This document shows, in pieces, positions 10,178 through 20,514 of a DNA stretch of 64,000 nt (position 1 is its first letter; the number at the start of each line of letters is the position of its first letter). Position numbers and translations under genes: made by a program. The notes under the pieces were generated by a model. It did no database searches. It saw only the letters and a program-made list of their open reading frames with translations, and was not told the DNA's origin. Source of the stretch: Bryobacterales bacterium (GTDB lineage: Bacteria > Acidobacteriota > Terriglobia > Bryobacterales > UBA6623); the NCBI GenBank assembly GCA_963422375.2, contig OY729428.2, positions 800,001-864,000 on the forward strand, read 5' to 3'.

Positions 10178-12544
10178 ATGACTTGGCTAACGCGTTGCTG
10201 GGCTGCCTTAGCCCTCGCCATGGCGCTGCTCGCCCCGCCTGCGTCCGCGGGACGGGAGATCAGCGGTCTGCTCACTGGCCCGGACGGCTTCCCCATCGCG
10301 GGCGCGAGCGTAGAAGTCATTGAAACGAAGGACGTTGCCCGTACCGACAGCCTCGGCGCATACCGCTTGGAGAGCGTGCCCGAGGGCGCGGTCACGTTGC
10401 GCGTGACGTCCGCGCCATTCGAGCCGGCGGAGTTCAAGGCCCGGCCCGGCGAGACGCGCCTAGCGCTGGAGCTCACCGTTCTCAAGAGAGCCTTGGCTGC
10501 GATCGAGGTCGTCGCCACAGCGGAGGGCCTGCGGACCGCAATCCCCGGCTCGCTGCATCGCATTGGCAGGAACGAGCTCGCTGCCTCCAAGCCGATCGAC
10601 GCGAACGAAGTGCTGCGCCGGGTGCCGGGCGTCAACGTGCGTGAGGACTCGGGTCCAGTCGGGATGCGGCTCAACATCGGCATGCGCGGGCTCAATCCGA
10701 ATCGCAGCCGCAAGGTCCTGATGCTCGAGGACGGCCTCCCGGTCGCTCTCGCGCCGTACGGCGAGCCGGATATGTACTACTCGCCGCCCATTGAGCGGAT
10801 GATCCGCGTCGAAATCCTCAAGGGCAGCGGGCAGATCGCTCACGGGCCGCAGACTGTCGGCGGCATAGTCAACTTCGTCACGCCGGATCCGCCATCGAAG
10901 TTCCACGTGGAGGCGGACCTCGAAGGCGGGCAGCGGGGCCTGTTTGTCGGCCAGGCGTCCGTGGGCAGCAGCAGCCGTGACCAGACGATCGGATGGATTG
11001 CAAGCTACTTGCACAAGCAGGGGGATGGCTGGCGGGACTTCTACTACGACATCGAGGACGTCCAGGCCAAGTTCAGCGTGCGGCCGAACGAGCGACACGC
11101 CATCGCGCTCAAGGCAGGCCTCTACGGCGAGACCTCGAATTCGACCTATCTCGGCCTCACCGCGCCGATGTTCGAGGCCGACGCGAATCAGAATCCCGTT
11201 CCGGCGGACACGCTCGAGGTGGAGCGGCGCTCCGGCACGGTCTCCCACGCCTACACGGTCAGTCCCGACGCCGTAGTGAGCAGCGCGGCGTTCCTGTACA
11301 GCACGACGCGCTTCTGGGGCCGGCAGGACTTCGACCGCTCGGACAAGGGTCACGCCTATCTCCGAGTGGTCGGGAACCCCGGCGTCCCGGGCGGAGCGAT
11401 CTTCCTGCGAGACTCCGCGGGGAATCGCAACCGCTCGTTCGATGTCTTTGGCGCCCAGTCGAATCTGGGACTGCAGCACTCGCTCGGATTCCTCGACCTC
11501 GGCGCGCGGTACATCCACGAGCGGGCCCGCGACCGGCGCGTGAACGGCACGCGGCACGACGCTAGGAACGGAGTCGTCCGCGATGACGAGTACCGCTACG
11601 GCAACGCACTGGCCGGCTACGTCCAGAATCGCTTCCGGCTCGGCCCGCGGATCCAGCTGACGCCCGGGGTGCGCTTCGTCCGGTACAACCAAGAGCGGCA
11701 CATTAGGCGCAAGCGCGTCGCAGGCAAGCCCACCGCTGTCGATGTCCGGCAGGACAACGGCGTGACTACCGCCATTCCGGGCCTAGGTGTCTCGGTGCGG
11801 GCACACGACGGCGTGTCCTTCTTCGCCGGCGTTCACCGCGGCTTCGCCCCTCCGGCAACCAAGGTCGCGATCACCAGCGACGGCCAGAACCTCGACCTCG
11901 ATTCCGAGCTCTCGTGGAACTACGAAGCGGGCGCGCGCCTGGCCGGCTCGAGGGCCGTGACGGGCGAGTTCACCGTGTTCCGCATGGATTTCTCCAACCA
12001 GATCATTTCCGCTGCCGAGTCCGGCGGGGCGACCACGACCGTGACCAACGGAGGCGCCACCCTGCATCAGGGATTCGAGAGCTGCGTCCGGGTGCATTGG
12101 GACAAAGCCGCCGACTGGACGGGATGGAGCCTATATACCGACGTGCGACACATGTACCTGCCGACCGCGAGGTTCACGGACAACGCCTTGTTCGGCGGAA
12201 ATCGCCTGCCCTATGCTCCGAAGCACACATTCGGGTTCGTCCTCGCGGCGAGGCAGTACGACGGCCTGAGCCTGCAATTCGACCTGAACGCCGTCGCGGG
12301 GCAATTCGGGGATAACGAGGAGACGGTCGAGCCCTCGGCCGACGGCACGGTCGGTCGCCTGCCGTCCTACCAAGTGGCCAACCTGTCCGTCGGCTACGAG
12401 ATTCAGCGCGAGCGATGGACGCTCGAGCCCTACTTCACCGTGAAGAATGCCTTCGACGCGCTCTACATCGCGTCACGGGCGCCACAGGGAATCCAGCCGG
12501 GTCTGTTTCGCCAGGTCAATGGAGGCATACGAATCGGATTCTAG
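10178..12544 (+). CDS. TonB-dependent receptor, FecA-like (metal-chelate uptake)
   Basis: 788 aa; plug motifs LRRVPGV, NIGMRGLNPNRSRKVLMLEDG, PYGEPDMYYSPP, EILKGSGQIAHGPQTVGG; C-terminal Phe. Confidence 0.88.
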   Translation: MTWLTRCWAALALAMALLAPPASAGREISGLLTGPDGFPIAGASVEVIETKDVARTDSLGAYRLESVPEGAVTLRVTSAPFEPAEFKARPGETRLALELTVLKRALAAIEVVATAEGLRTAIPGSLHRIGRNELAASKPIDANEVLRRVPGVNVREDSGPVGMRLNIGMRGLNPNRSRKVLMLEDGLPVALAPYGEPDMYYSPPIERMIRVEILKGSGQIAHGPQTVGGIVNFVTPDPPSKFHVEADLEGGQRGLFVGQASVGSSSRDQTIGWIASYLHKQGDGWRDFYYDIEDVQAKFSVRPNERHAIALKAGLYGETSNSTYLGLTAPMFEADANQNPVPADTLEVERRSGTVSHAYTVSPDAVVSSAAFLYSTTRFWGRQDFDRSDKGHAYLRVVGNPGVPGGAIFLRDSAGNRNRSFDVFGAQSNLGLQHSLGFLDLGARYIHERARDRRVNGTRHDARNGVVRDDEYRYGNALAGYVQNRFRLGPRIQLTPGVRFVRYNQERHIRRKRVAGKPTAVDVRQDNGVTTAIPGLGVSVRAHDGVSFFAGVHRGFAPPATKVAITSDGQNLDLDSELSWNYEAGARLAGSRAVTGEFTVFRMDFSNQIISAAESGGATTTVTNGGATLHQGFESCVRVHWDKAADWTGWSLYTDVRHMYLPTARFTDNALFGGNRLPYAPKHTFGFVLAARQYDGLSLQFDLNAVAGQFGDNEETVEPSADGTVGRLPSYQVANLSVGYEIQRERWTLEPYFTVKNAFDALYIASRAPQGIQPGLFRQVNGGIRIGF

Positions 12545-12709
12545 CCCTCTGCTAGCGACCCCGGGGCCGCTGCACGGGCACAGCGGAGCGCATGGAATCA
12601 TGCCTGCCTGCAAGCACAGTCCGCCAGTCATCGATTGGCGGTCGCCGCCGGCGGCTCCCTCGCCCGACATCGGATCCATCGCTATCCGCGCCCATCTTTC
12701 GATTTCGAG

Positions 12710-14074
12710 CCTAGCCTGACACCGAGAATCGGCGGATTTCAGCCGGTCCGGCGTCCTGAATCGACTGTGTCGGTTCATTTGTTCTTCATATATTCCTGTG
12801 GATTCGAATGCCGCCCGCTCGGAATATCGGTTTTCTGCCGGTCGGGCCCTCATCCTCGATGTAGTGACCACGTAATGACTACTCGCTGCGCGGAGATCGC
12901 CCGGGATGCACGATCAAGGCGTGTTCGTGCAACGCGGCGAGACCCGCGCCAAGGGAGCCGCCGGGGGCGTCTCCTACCGCCTGGTCCCTTCCCGACGCGA
13001 GCCCCGCGGCAAGGTGCGCCAGTTCGTCCTGGCCCATTTCCCCGCCGGCCTCGAAGACCGCGTGCCCAAGGGCTATTGACCGCGTCTCGCCGCCGCCATC
13101 CGCGACCGGCTCGCCGTCCAGGCCCGCCTGCCCGGCGAGCCCGAGGCCGATCCAGAGCGCCTCCGGCTGGGCATGGCCCGGATCCTGGCCCGCGCCCTGG
13201 ATCCGTCCAGCGAGCGGGAGCCCCCCCCCCCCCCCGCTGGCTGCGCCACGATTCCGCCCTCGACGAAATGCTGCGGCTGCCTCCCGGCGACCTCGCCGCC
13301 GACGCCCTGCGACAGGGGCGCGAGCGGATCGAGCGCACGCTGTTCGCCCGCGAGCGCGAGCTGTTCGGCATCGAGCCGCGCACCGTCTCATGTGTCGCGC
13401 AAGGTGGGGCGGCTCGAGGAGCCGGACAAGCTGGTGGCGTGCCAGTACACGGTCACGGTGGAAGCCGGGGAGAAGGGCCGGGCGGCCGCGGTGCGGTGGG
13501 AGCCCGACCGGATCCAGGGCACGAGCCTGCTGCGCACCAGCCGGGTCGAGTGGGACGAGGCCCGGATCGTGCGCTAGTACCACCGTCTGGCGGACATCGA
13601 GGCGACGTGCCGGTCCTTCAAGGAGGAGCTGGGCCTGCGCCCCTGTGCCACCGCCCGGGCCGGCGGGTTGCGGGGCACCTGTTCCTGACCGTGCTGGCCT
13701 ACCACATGGTCCATGCCCTGCGGTACCGCCTGCGCATGCACCGCTTGCGGCACTGCTGAAAATCGATCCGCGAGCGCATGCGGACCCGGGTACGCCTGCC
13801 GACGGAGATGCGCACGGCGGACGGCAAGGCGTGGAGACAGCGGCCGGACGCGGACCCAAACAACGAGCAGGCTCGCATCGCCGCCGCGACGGGCGTGAGC
13901 TTCCGGCGGCACCGCCGGACGGTGCCGGTACCGGCCTCGGAATTCCCGGCCGACGGGGGAGCGCAGCGGCCCAAGACCACAGAGTGTAGTGACCGCGAAT
14001 CCGCTTCGCGAAAACTCAAGTGAATGAGATGAACGACGTACAGGTGCGCGTTCTAAGAGTCCTCGCAACTTGGG
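12710..14074 (+). mobile_element. IS1634-family insertion sequence remnant with degraded transposase
   Basis: N-terminal MFVQRGETR...SYRLVPSRR...GKVRQ from GTG 12921; C-terminal LLRTS...YHRLADIEATCRSFKEELGLRP and GHLFLTVLAYHMVH across frames with stops; most of the central DDE region is absent; right end TGTAGTGACC...AACTTGGG; left boundary approximate. Confidence 0.75.
13221..13235 (+). repeat. Poly-C homopolymer (about 15 nt)
   Basis: Run of C inside the IS remnant. Confidence 0.85.
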
Positions 14075-14420
14075 TGGCAGGGCACCGCAGCCTAGACCCC
14101 CAGCACGGCCGTCCTGCGATGAGCAGGGGCCGGGTGGCGCGACTAGGCACCGCTCTCCAAGAACTGGCCCACGGCAGGCGGCGCCCGCACGCCTACTCGG
14201 CCGCGGGATACCTGCCCTCGCCGCTCCGGCACCTAGCGCTTCGGGCCGTGGCGCGAGGCAGGCTGCGGGAGCTCCAGCGCCTGACGCGTCTTAGCCCCGC
14301 CATCCAGTCCGTCTGCGCCGTCTGCGTGCGAAGGAATTGACTTCATCGGCCTGCAACCGGCCACTCTCCTGCCTCGGAAGCCGTTGATCGTGAATCAGGA
14401 ACGCCTGCCATGGAGGCAGC

Positions 14421-16610
14421 ATGCGCTCTTCAACATCTATGGTGTGTCTGGCGGAGGCTCTAGCTGACCGACCGGCAATCCAGGGGCGCAGCGGATCGCT
14501 GTCGCGTTTCCGTGCGGCGTTCGCGACCGCTGCGCTTCTCGGCCTTCCGCTCGGGCTGGAAGCGACAGACTGGCGTATCGAAACAATCGCCGGTGTGCCC
14601 GAGGCGCACCCTGTAGGTCGGGACCACATTCTGGCGACCGAAGCCCGGCTGCGTCATCCGAAGGGCGTGGCGGTGGACCGGCGAGGATTCGTCTACATTG
14701 CCGACATGGCCAGCAGCGTGGTGCGCGTGCTGGACACAGAAGGGAATCTGCGCAGCTTCGCAGGGTCCGGAATTAGGGGCCATGCGGGTGACGGAGGCAT
14801 AGCCAACGCGGCCCAGCTCAACTACCCCATGGATGTCGCAGTGCATGACGACCCCTTCACGGGCGTCACGGCGTTTATCGCGGACACCAACAACAACATT
14901 GTTCGGCGGGTCGACGCAAACCACGCAATCACAACTGTGGCGGGGTCGGGTGTGAAGGGATTCGACCCAGCTCACGAGGGAGGGCGTGCAACCGGAGCCT
15001 CGCTCGATGCGCCCTACGGCGTCGCCGTGGACCGGGCCGGCGCGACACTCTACATAGCCGATTCCGGAAATCACCGGATCCGCAAGGTAGACCTATTACG
15101 CAACATCCCAACAATTAGCACCCTTGCCGGCTGCGGAGTCTGCGAACGAATCGACGACACCGATGCGCCGCAGGCTACCGCCGTGCGGCTCGGCAATCCG
15201 AAGGGCGTGGCTCTCGGCGAAGCCGCCAACGTCCTCTACATCGCCGACTTTGGCAACAACCGCGTCCGCATGCTGGATCTCTCTACCAGGCGCATCACGA
15301 CCGTCGAGGCCACGAGGCCGGACGATAGTCGAGTCGGCCCGACCAGGTCGCGCCCGTGGTCCTAGGGCCCAAGGACGTAGCCGTTGACGCGGCCGGCAAT
15401 CTCTATATTGCCGAAGAGGGCTGGTCCCGGATTCTCAAGGTTGACGGCAACCGGACGCTCAGCACGTTTGCGGGCACGAGGAACCGGGCCGACTACGGAG
15501 GCGACGGCCCCGCTGGCGGCCAGAACGCGTTGTTCAATAGCCCGCAAGGCATTGCCGTGGACGCGAACGGGCGCGTTTACGTGGGTGACACGAAGAATCA
15601 CCGCATCCGGGCGCTCTCGAGTGTGGCCGACGGCATTCGGGGCGACACGGTGGCTGGATTCGGGATCGCACGCTTCAGCGGGGACTATGGCCCCGCTGCT
15701 CTCGCGAAGCTCAGCGCGCCGACGGGTGTCGCAGTGGATCACCGGGCCAGCGCTCTTTTCATCGCCGACTGGGGCAACCGCCGACTCCGTAGAGTGGATC
15801 TCCAGACGGCCACGCGGACAATTTCGACGGTCGAGTGGGACGGACCCGATCCGTTGAATCCGCTGCGGTTGAAGTGGGCCAACCACGTCGCCGTGGACAA
15901 GGATGACGCACGCATCTACATTGCAGATTCAGACGCCTCTCAGGTATTCGAGGTGATTCCATCGAAGCGGAAAATCGTTTCCCTCGCTGGACCTGCCTCT
16001 CCGGGCATCGTGACTCGATTCCGCCCGGCGGGAATCGCTTATGGCGAAGTCGCGGGCGAGAGGGTCCTGTTCGCGTCGAGTTGCCCTGGTCATGCCGTGT
16101 ACAGTATCATGCTACCGGGCAGTCCGCAGGGCGGAGGCGGCAGGGGCTTCGACCCGACCGGTCACGACCGGCTGGCGGTGGGGGCAAAAATGTCGTACCC
16201 TCACGGCTTGGCCCTCGACAGTGCCGGCCGGAACCTCTACATCGCAAGCACCGCAGCGAACGTCGTGCGCAAGCTGGACTTGGACCGAGGACGAATTACC
16301 ACTGTCGCCGGCACGGGGCAGCTTGGATTCAGCGGGGATGGCGGGCCCGCTACTCGGGCGCGGCTCAACAGCCCAATTGCATTGGCATTCGACCGCGACG
16401 GCAACCTATTCGTTGCCGACATGTACAACCACCGGATCCGAATGATCGATTTTTCCGTCGCGCCCCTGTGATTTCCACGGTTGCGGGAACCGGCGTCCCC
16501 GGCTACACCATTCACTGGACTGGATCCGCAACTAGGGGCCGCATCAATGCCCCGCAGGCGCTGGCTTACGACGAAACCAACGACCACCTCTATTTCGTAT
16601 TGCGCATCGC
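14421..16610 (+). pseudogene. NHL-repeat beta-propeller protein, split by two frameshifts and truncated
   Basis: Repeats such as LRHPKGVAVDRRGFVYIAD, GDGGPATRARLNSPIALAFDRDGNLFVAD and NHRIR in ORFs 14421-15365 and 15356-16471; a third frame continues APVISTVAGTG...PQALAYDETNDHLYF. Confidence 0.8.
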
Positions 16611-17403
16611 GAGTGAACAGCGTCGTGCGGCGTCTTGTCCCGACACCCTAGCGCGGTCTGGGGCGCCAGCCAATTCATGCTGGCTTGCGGTTCGCGTCCA
16701 GCGAAACCTGTTCCGTCCAGGCAATGGAGCATTCGCGGCGAATCGCTCCCGGGACGGATTCGGGGTCCCGGATTCCAAGGGCTCAAGGGTCGGCACGAGC
16801 GATCTTGAACGAGGCGCAGGGACGAATCCGGCACGGAGGGTCACGTGAGTGCGTTCCTGGGCCCGGCGGGGCTTGCCAAGCTCAGACCTAACCGAAGGGT
16901 TTGGCGGGACGATTGCAACGCGACCTCTGGAGCCAGCGTCTCGGGGCCCGGCCTTTCGAGGGCGTCTCGCCTGCCTACTGAGTGCCCGGAAGACCTGCAC
17001 TTGCGAAGTTGCTGACGGGCCCGGGCCGTTCCGGCATCAGGCCGGGCGATTCACCGGAAGAAGCGCGCATTCGGCAGGTACCCGCGCCTTCCGCCGCCTG
17101 AACGCTGGAGCCCCGGGACCTCCCGGCGCCCTCGCCCGAGACCCGAATGGAGACAGTACCTCGTCCGACCGAAGGGTGCCCGGCACTTCGCTTTGGCGAC
17201 AGCCCCCGCGCTGCGAGAGTCGATGGTAACGACCGTGTTCCGCCGTTTCCGGTTCCCCTGGGGTCAGGCCCCGCGCGCCGGCGGCCTGCGCGTGTCAGTC
17301 CAGACGTGCGACGGCGCTCGCGAGGCTGGTTGTCGATGCCGGCTTAGCCTGTCAAGGAACCTTCGGGCGGGACTGTTCGGTCGTACAATACGAGCGGCCG
17401 AAT

Positions 17404-18882
17404 ATGTCGCAATCCGAACTGAAGCATCCGGCACTGGACCGTCGCAAGTTCCTGGCCCTGTCGAGCGGGCTGGGCACGCTGCATGGCTGCGACGGCATGA
17501 GCGGTCCTTCCGAGCGCTCGCCCGACCGACCGCCGAACATCATATTCATCATGGCCGACGACCTCGGCTACGGCGAGCTGGGCTGCTACGGCCAGACTCG
17601 GATTCGAACGCCGAACATCGACAGAATGGCCGGCGAGGGCATGCAGTTCTCCGACGCCTATTCCGGATGCTCGGTCTGCGCTCCGGCGCGCTCCGTCCTG
17701 ATGACGGGCCTGCACATGGGACACACCTCCGTGCGCTCCAATCCGGGCGGCGTCCCCCTGCTCGCCAAGGACGTGACTGTAGCGGAACTGCTCAAGGAGC
17801 GGGGCTATGCGACCGGTGGTTTCGGCAAATGGGGTCTCGGCGACATCGGCACCGACGGCGTGCCTTGGCAGCAGGGCTTCGACGAGTTCGTGGGCTACCT
17901 GCACCAAGCGCATGCCCACTATTTCTACCCGCTGTATGTCTACGACAACGACCGCCGGCTGCACCTGCCGGGTAACGAAGGCGAGGGCCGCGGGACATTC
18001 TCCCACGACGTCATCGCCGAGCGTGCGCTGCGCTTCATTGAGGCGAACAAGGAGCGCCCGTTCTTCTGCTACGTGCCGTTCACCATTCCGCATGCCGAGT
18101 ACGTTGCTCCTGACGACGAGATCTACGCCAGCTACAGCGGAACCTTCGACGAGATCGAATTGCCCGTAAACCGCAACCGCCCCGGCCGCCTGATCCGGCC
18201 GGACGAGCCGCACGCTACTCTAGCTGCGATGATCACGCGCCTCGACCGCGACGTCGGGCGCATCCTGGACCTCGTCGCCACGCTCGGCTTGGACAGCAAC
18301 ACGGTCGTATTCTTCACTTCCGACAATGGCGCCGCGGCCTTAACGTGGACGGACTACTTCCGCAGCAGCGGCCCGTTGCGAGGCTTGAAGCGGACATTCT
18401 ACGAGGGGGGCATCCGCGTGCCCATGCTGGCACGCTGGCCGGGCCGGATAGAGCCCGGGTCGCGCAGCGACCATATTTGGGGATTCCAAGACTTCCTGCC
18501 AACGGCGACCGACCTAGCCGGAGCGGAAACGCGCCACGCGACGGACGGAATCTCGGTGGTACCGACGCTGCTCGGTGCTGGCGGCCAGCGGAGCCACGAA
18601 TATCTCTATTGGGAACTGCCTCGCTATTCCGGCGCGACGGGGGAGTTTGCTGACGAGGTCCCGGCCCAAGCGCTGCGCATGGGCCACTGGAAGGCGGTTC
18701 GACCGAACCCCAACGCGGACCTGCAACTCTACAACCTAGGCGATGACCCTAGCGAGACCCGCGACGTCGCCAGCGAGCAGCCCGCGGTCCTGGCCCGCGT
18801 GAAGCAGCTCTTGCGGGAGGCCCGCGAACCGCCCAGGCCGCAACGGGAACCGGATCACGTCTGGTGGGAGCGCAAGGGCTGA
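17404..18882 (+). CDS. Arylsulfatase (formylglycine-dependent, S1 family), likely Tat-exported
   Basis: DRRKFL twin-arginine signal; PNIIFIMADDLG; CAPAR (CxPxR); GKWGLG; FTSDNG; EGGIRVP. Confidence 0.92.
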   Translation: MSQSELKHPALDRRKFLALSSGLGTLHGCDGMSGPSERSPDRPPNIIFIMADDLGYGELGCYGQTRIRTPNIDRMAGEGMQFSDAYSGCSVCAPARSVLMTGLHMGHTSVRSNPGGVPLLAKDVTVAELLKERGYATGGFGKWGLGDIGTDGVPWQQGFDEFVGYLHQAHAHYFYPLYVYDNDRRLHLPGNEGEGRGTFSHDVIAERALRFIEANKERPFFCYVPFTIPHAEYVAPDDEIYASYSGTFDEIELPVNRNRPGRLIRPDEPHATLAAMITRLDRDVGRILDLVATLGLDSNTVVFFTSDNGAAALTWTDYFRSSGPLRGLKRTFYEGGIRVPMLARWPGRIEPGSRSDHIWGFQDFLPTATDLAGAETRHATDGISVVPTLLGAGGQRSHEYLYWELPRYSGATGEFADEVPAQALRMGHWKAVRPNPNADLQLYNLGDDPSETRDVASEQPAVLARVKQLLREAREPPRPQREPDHVWWERKG

Positions 18883-18897
18883 ACGCCCGCCGTCCTC

Positions 18898-20439
18898 TCA
18901 GATTGGTCGGCTGCGGCCTCGGTCCTTATAGCGCTGCAGCAGCGCTCGCAGCTGCCGGACTACTTCCGGCCGCTCCTCATACAGGTTGCGGTTCTCATGT
19001 CGGTCCGCTTCAAGGTCGTAGAGCTGGGCGGGCGGGTCTCCCTCTTGCGGGCCCTCCCACTGGTCCGAGCCGGGCCCTTGGCCGTCAATGTACTTCCAAT
19101 TGCCCATGCGGATCGCGAAGATGCCATCCACGGAGTGATGAATCGTGGCCTCGCGCAGCGGCGCGTCGGCCTCCCCCAGCAGCGCCGGCAGGATGCTGAC
19201 GCTGTCCTCGGCCGCGTCCGCGGGCAGGTCGAAGCGGGCGATCTCCGCGGCCGTGGCCATCAGGTCCGTCAGGCAGATGGTCTGGTCGCTAGTCGAAGCG
19301 GGCGAAACGCGGGCGGGCCAGCTCGCAATGAACGGCATCCGGTGCCCTCCCTCCCAGACATCCCGCTTCTTGCCGCGCTGGATCGCGTGGTTCGCGTGAT
19401 GGCCGAACTCCTCGACATGGGCCGGATCCCACTCGGCGCCGTTGTCGCTGGTCACGATGAACAGCGTGTTCTCGAACTGCCCGGCACGCTCGAGAGCGTC
19501 CCTGAGCATACCGATCTGGGCGTCCACCTGCACCACGAAGTCGCCATACTTCCCCGCCCCGCTGCGGCCGACGAATTCCTCGGTCGGAACCCACGGCCAG
19601 TGCGGCGCCGGCAGGGGGAAGTAGAGGAAGAACGGCTGGTCGGGATGCTCGGCCCGCTCCTCGATGTAGCTCACGGCGTGCCTCGTCAGGTTCGGCAGCA
19701 CGTCGAAGAAATCGAAGTCCTCCGCCGCCTCCCCGGGACGCCAGAACACTGGGCCGTCGAAGCGCCCGGGCTCGTGGACCGTGGCCGGCTTCTCGCACTG
19801 GTTGTTCTCCACGTAGACGTACGGCGCCATGTCGAGCGAAGCGGGAATGATGTAGGAGTAGTCGAATCCCAAGGTCGCCGGGCCGTTCGTCACGGGCTTC
19901 GAGAAGTCGATTTGCAGTCCCGCGGGCTTCGAGAAATCCGAGGCCCCTTGGTAGGCCGCGGACTTGTCGCCCTCGTTCCAGCTCGCCGGCTCCGAGAGCG
20001 TCGACCAGTCGAGACCGAGGTGCCACTTGCCGATCACGGCCGTGTGGTAGCCCTGCTCGTGTAGCATGCTCGCCACGGTCATGCGCCCGGGCTCGATCAA
20101 GGCCCGCGAATAGCCGGACAGCACGCCCCGCTTGAGGGGCGAGCGCCATGCGTAGCGCCCCGTGACGACCCCGTACCTAGTCGGCGTGCAGACGGCGGAT
20201 CCCGAGTGCGCGTCTGTGAACCGCATGCCGGCGGCGGCCAGCGCGTCCATGGCCGGGGTCGGAATCTTCGAGTCGGGGTTGAAGCTCCGCGGATCGCCGT
20301 AGCCCATGTCGTCAGCCATCAGGAAGACGATGTTGGGCAGCCTGTCCGGCAACGGGGCCTCCGCCCCGCATGACACCAGCCCGAACGCGGCCAGGGCGAC
20401 GGCGAGAGGGCGCTTGATGCGAGATCCGACTCCGGGCAT
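18898..20439 (-). CDS. Arylsulfatase (S1 family), probable lipoprotein
   Basis: Likely start ATG 20439 (MPGVGSRIKR...GLVSC lipobox); PNIVFLMADDMG; CTPTR; GKWHLG; TSDNG; EGGHRMP. Confidence 0.92.
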   Translation of the reverse strand: MPGVGSRIKRPLAVALAAFGLVSCGAEAPLPDRLPNIVFLMADDMGYGDPRSFNPDSKIPTPAMDALAAAGMRFTDAHSGSAVCTPTRYGVVTGRYAWRSPLKRGVLSGYSRALIEPGRMTVASMLHEQGYHTAVIGKWHLGLDWSTLSEPASWNEGDKSAAYQGASDFSKPAGLQIDFSKPVTNGPATLGFDYSYIIPASLDMAPYVYVENNQCEKPATVHEPGRFDGPVFWRPGEAAEDFDFFDVLPNLTRHAVSYIEERAEHPDQPFFLYFPLPAPHWPWVPTEEFVGRSGAGKYGDFVVQVDAQIGMLRDALERAGQFENTLFIVTSDNGAEWDPAHVEEFGHHANHAIQRGKKRDVWEGGHRMPFIASWPARVSPASTSDQTICLTDLMATAAEIARFDLPADAAEDSVSILPALLGEADAPLREATIHHSVDGIFAIRMGNWKYIDGQGPGSDQWEGPQEGDPPAQLYDLEADRHENRNLYEERPEVVRQLRALLQRYKDRGRSRPI

Positions 20440-20514
20440 GATCCTCTGTCGATTGTAGGGCATGCGGCCGGAGCGGCGCGGCTCGAGCGCCCCTGTAATA
20501 GACTCGGTTGCGCA

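Noticed and set aside
16620..17340. Possible group II intron or maturase C-terminal relic on the minus strand
   Set aside because: Only vague resemblance; no clear domain V and no YADD motif
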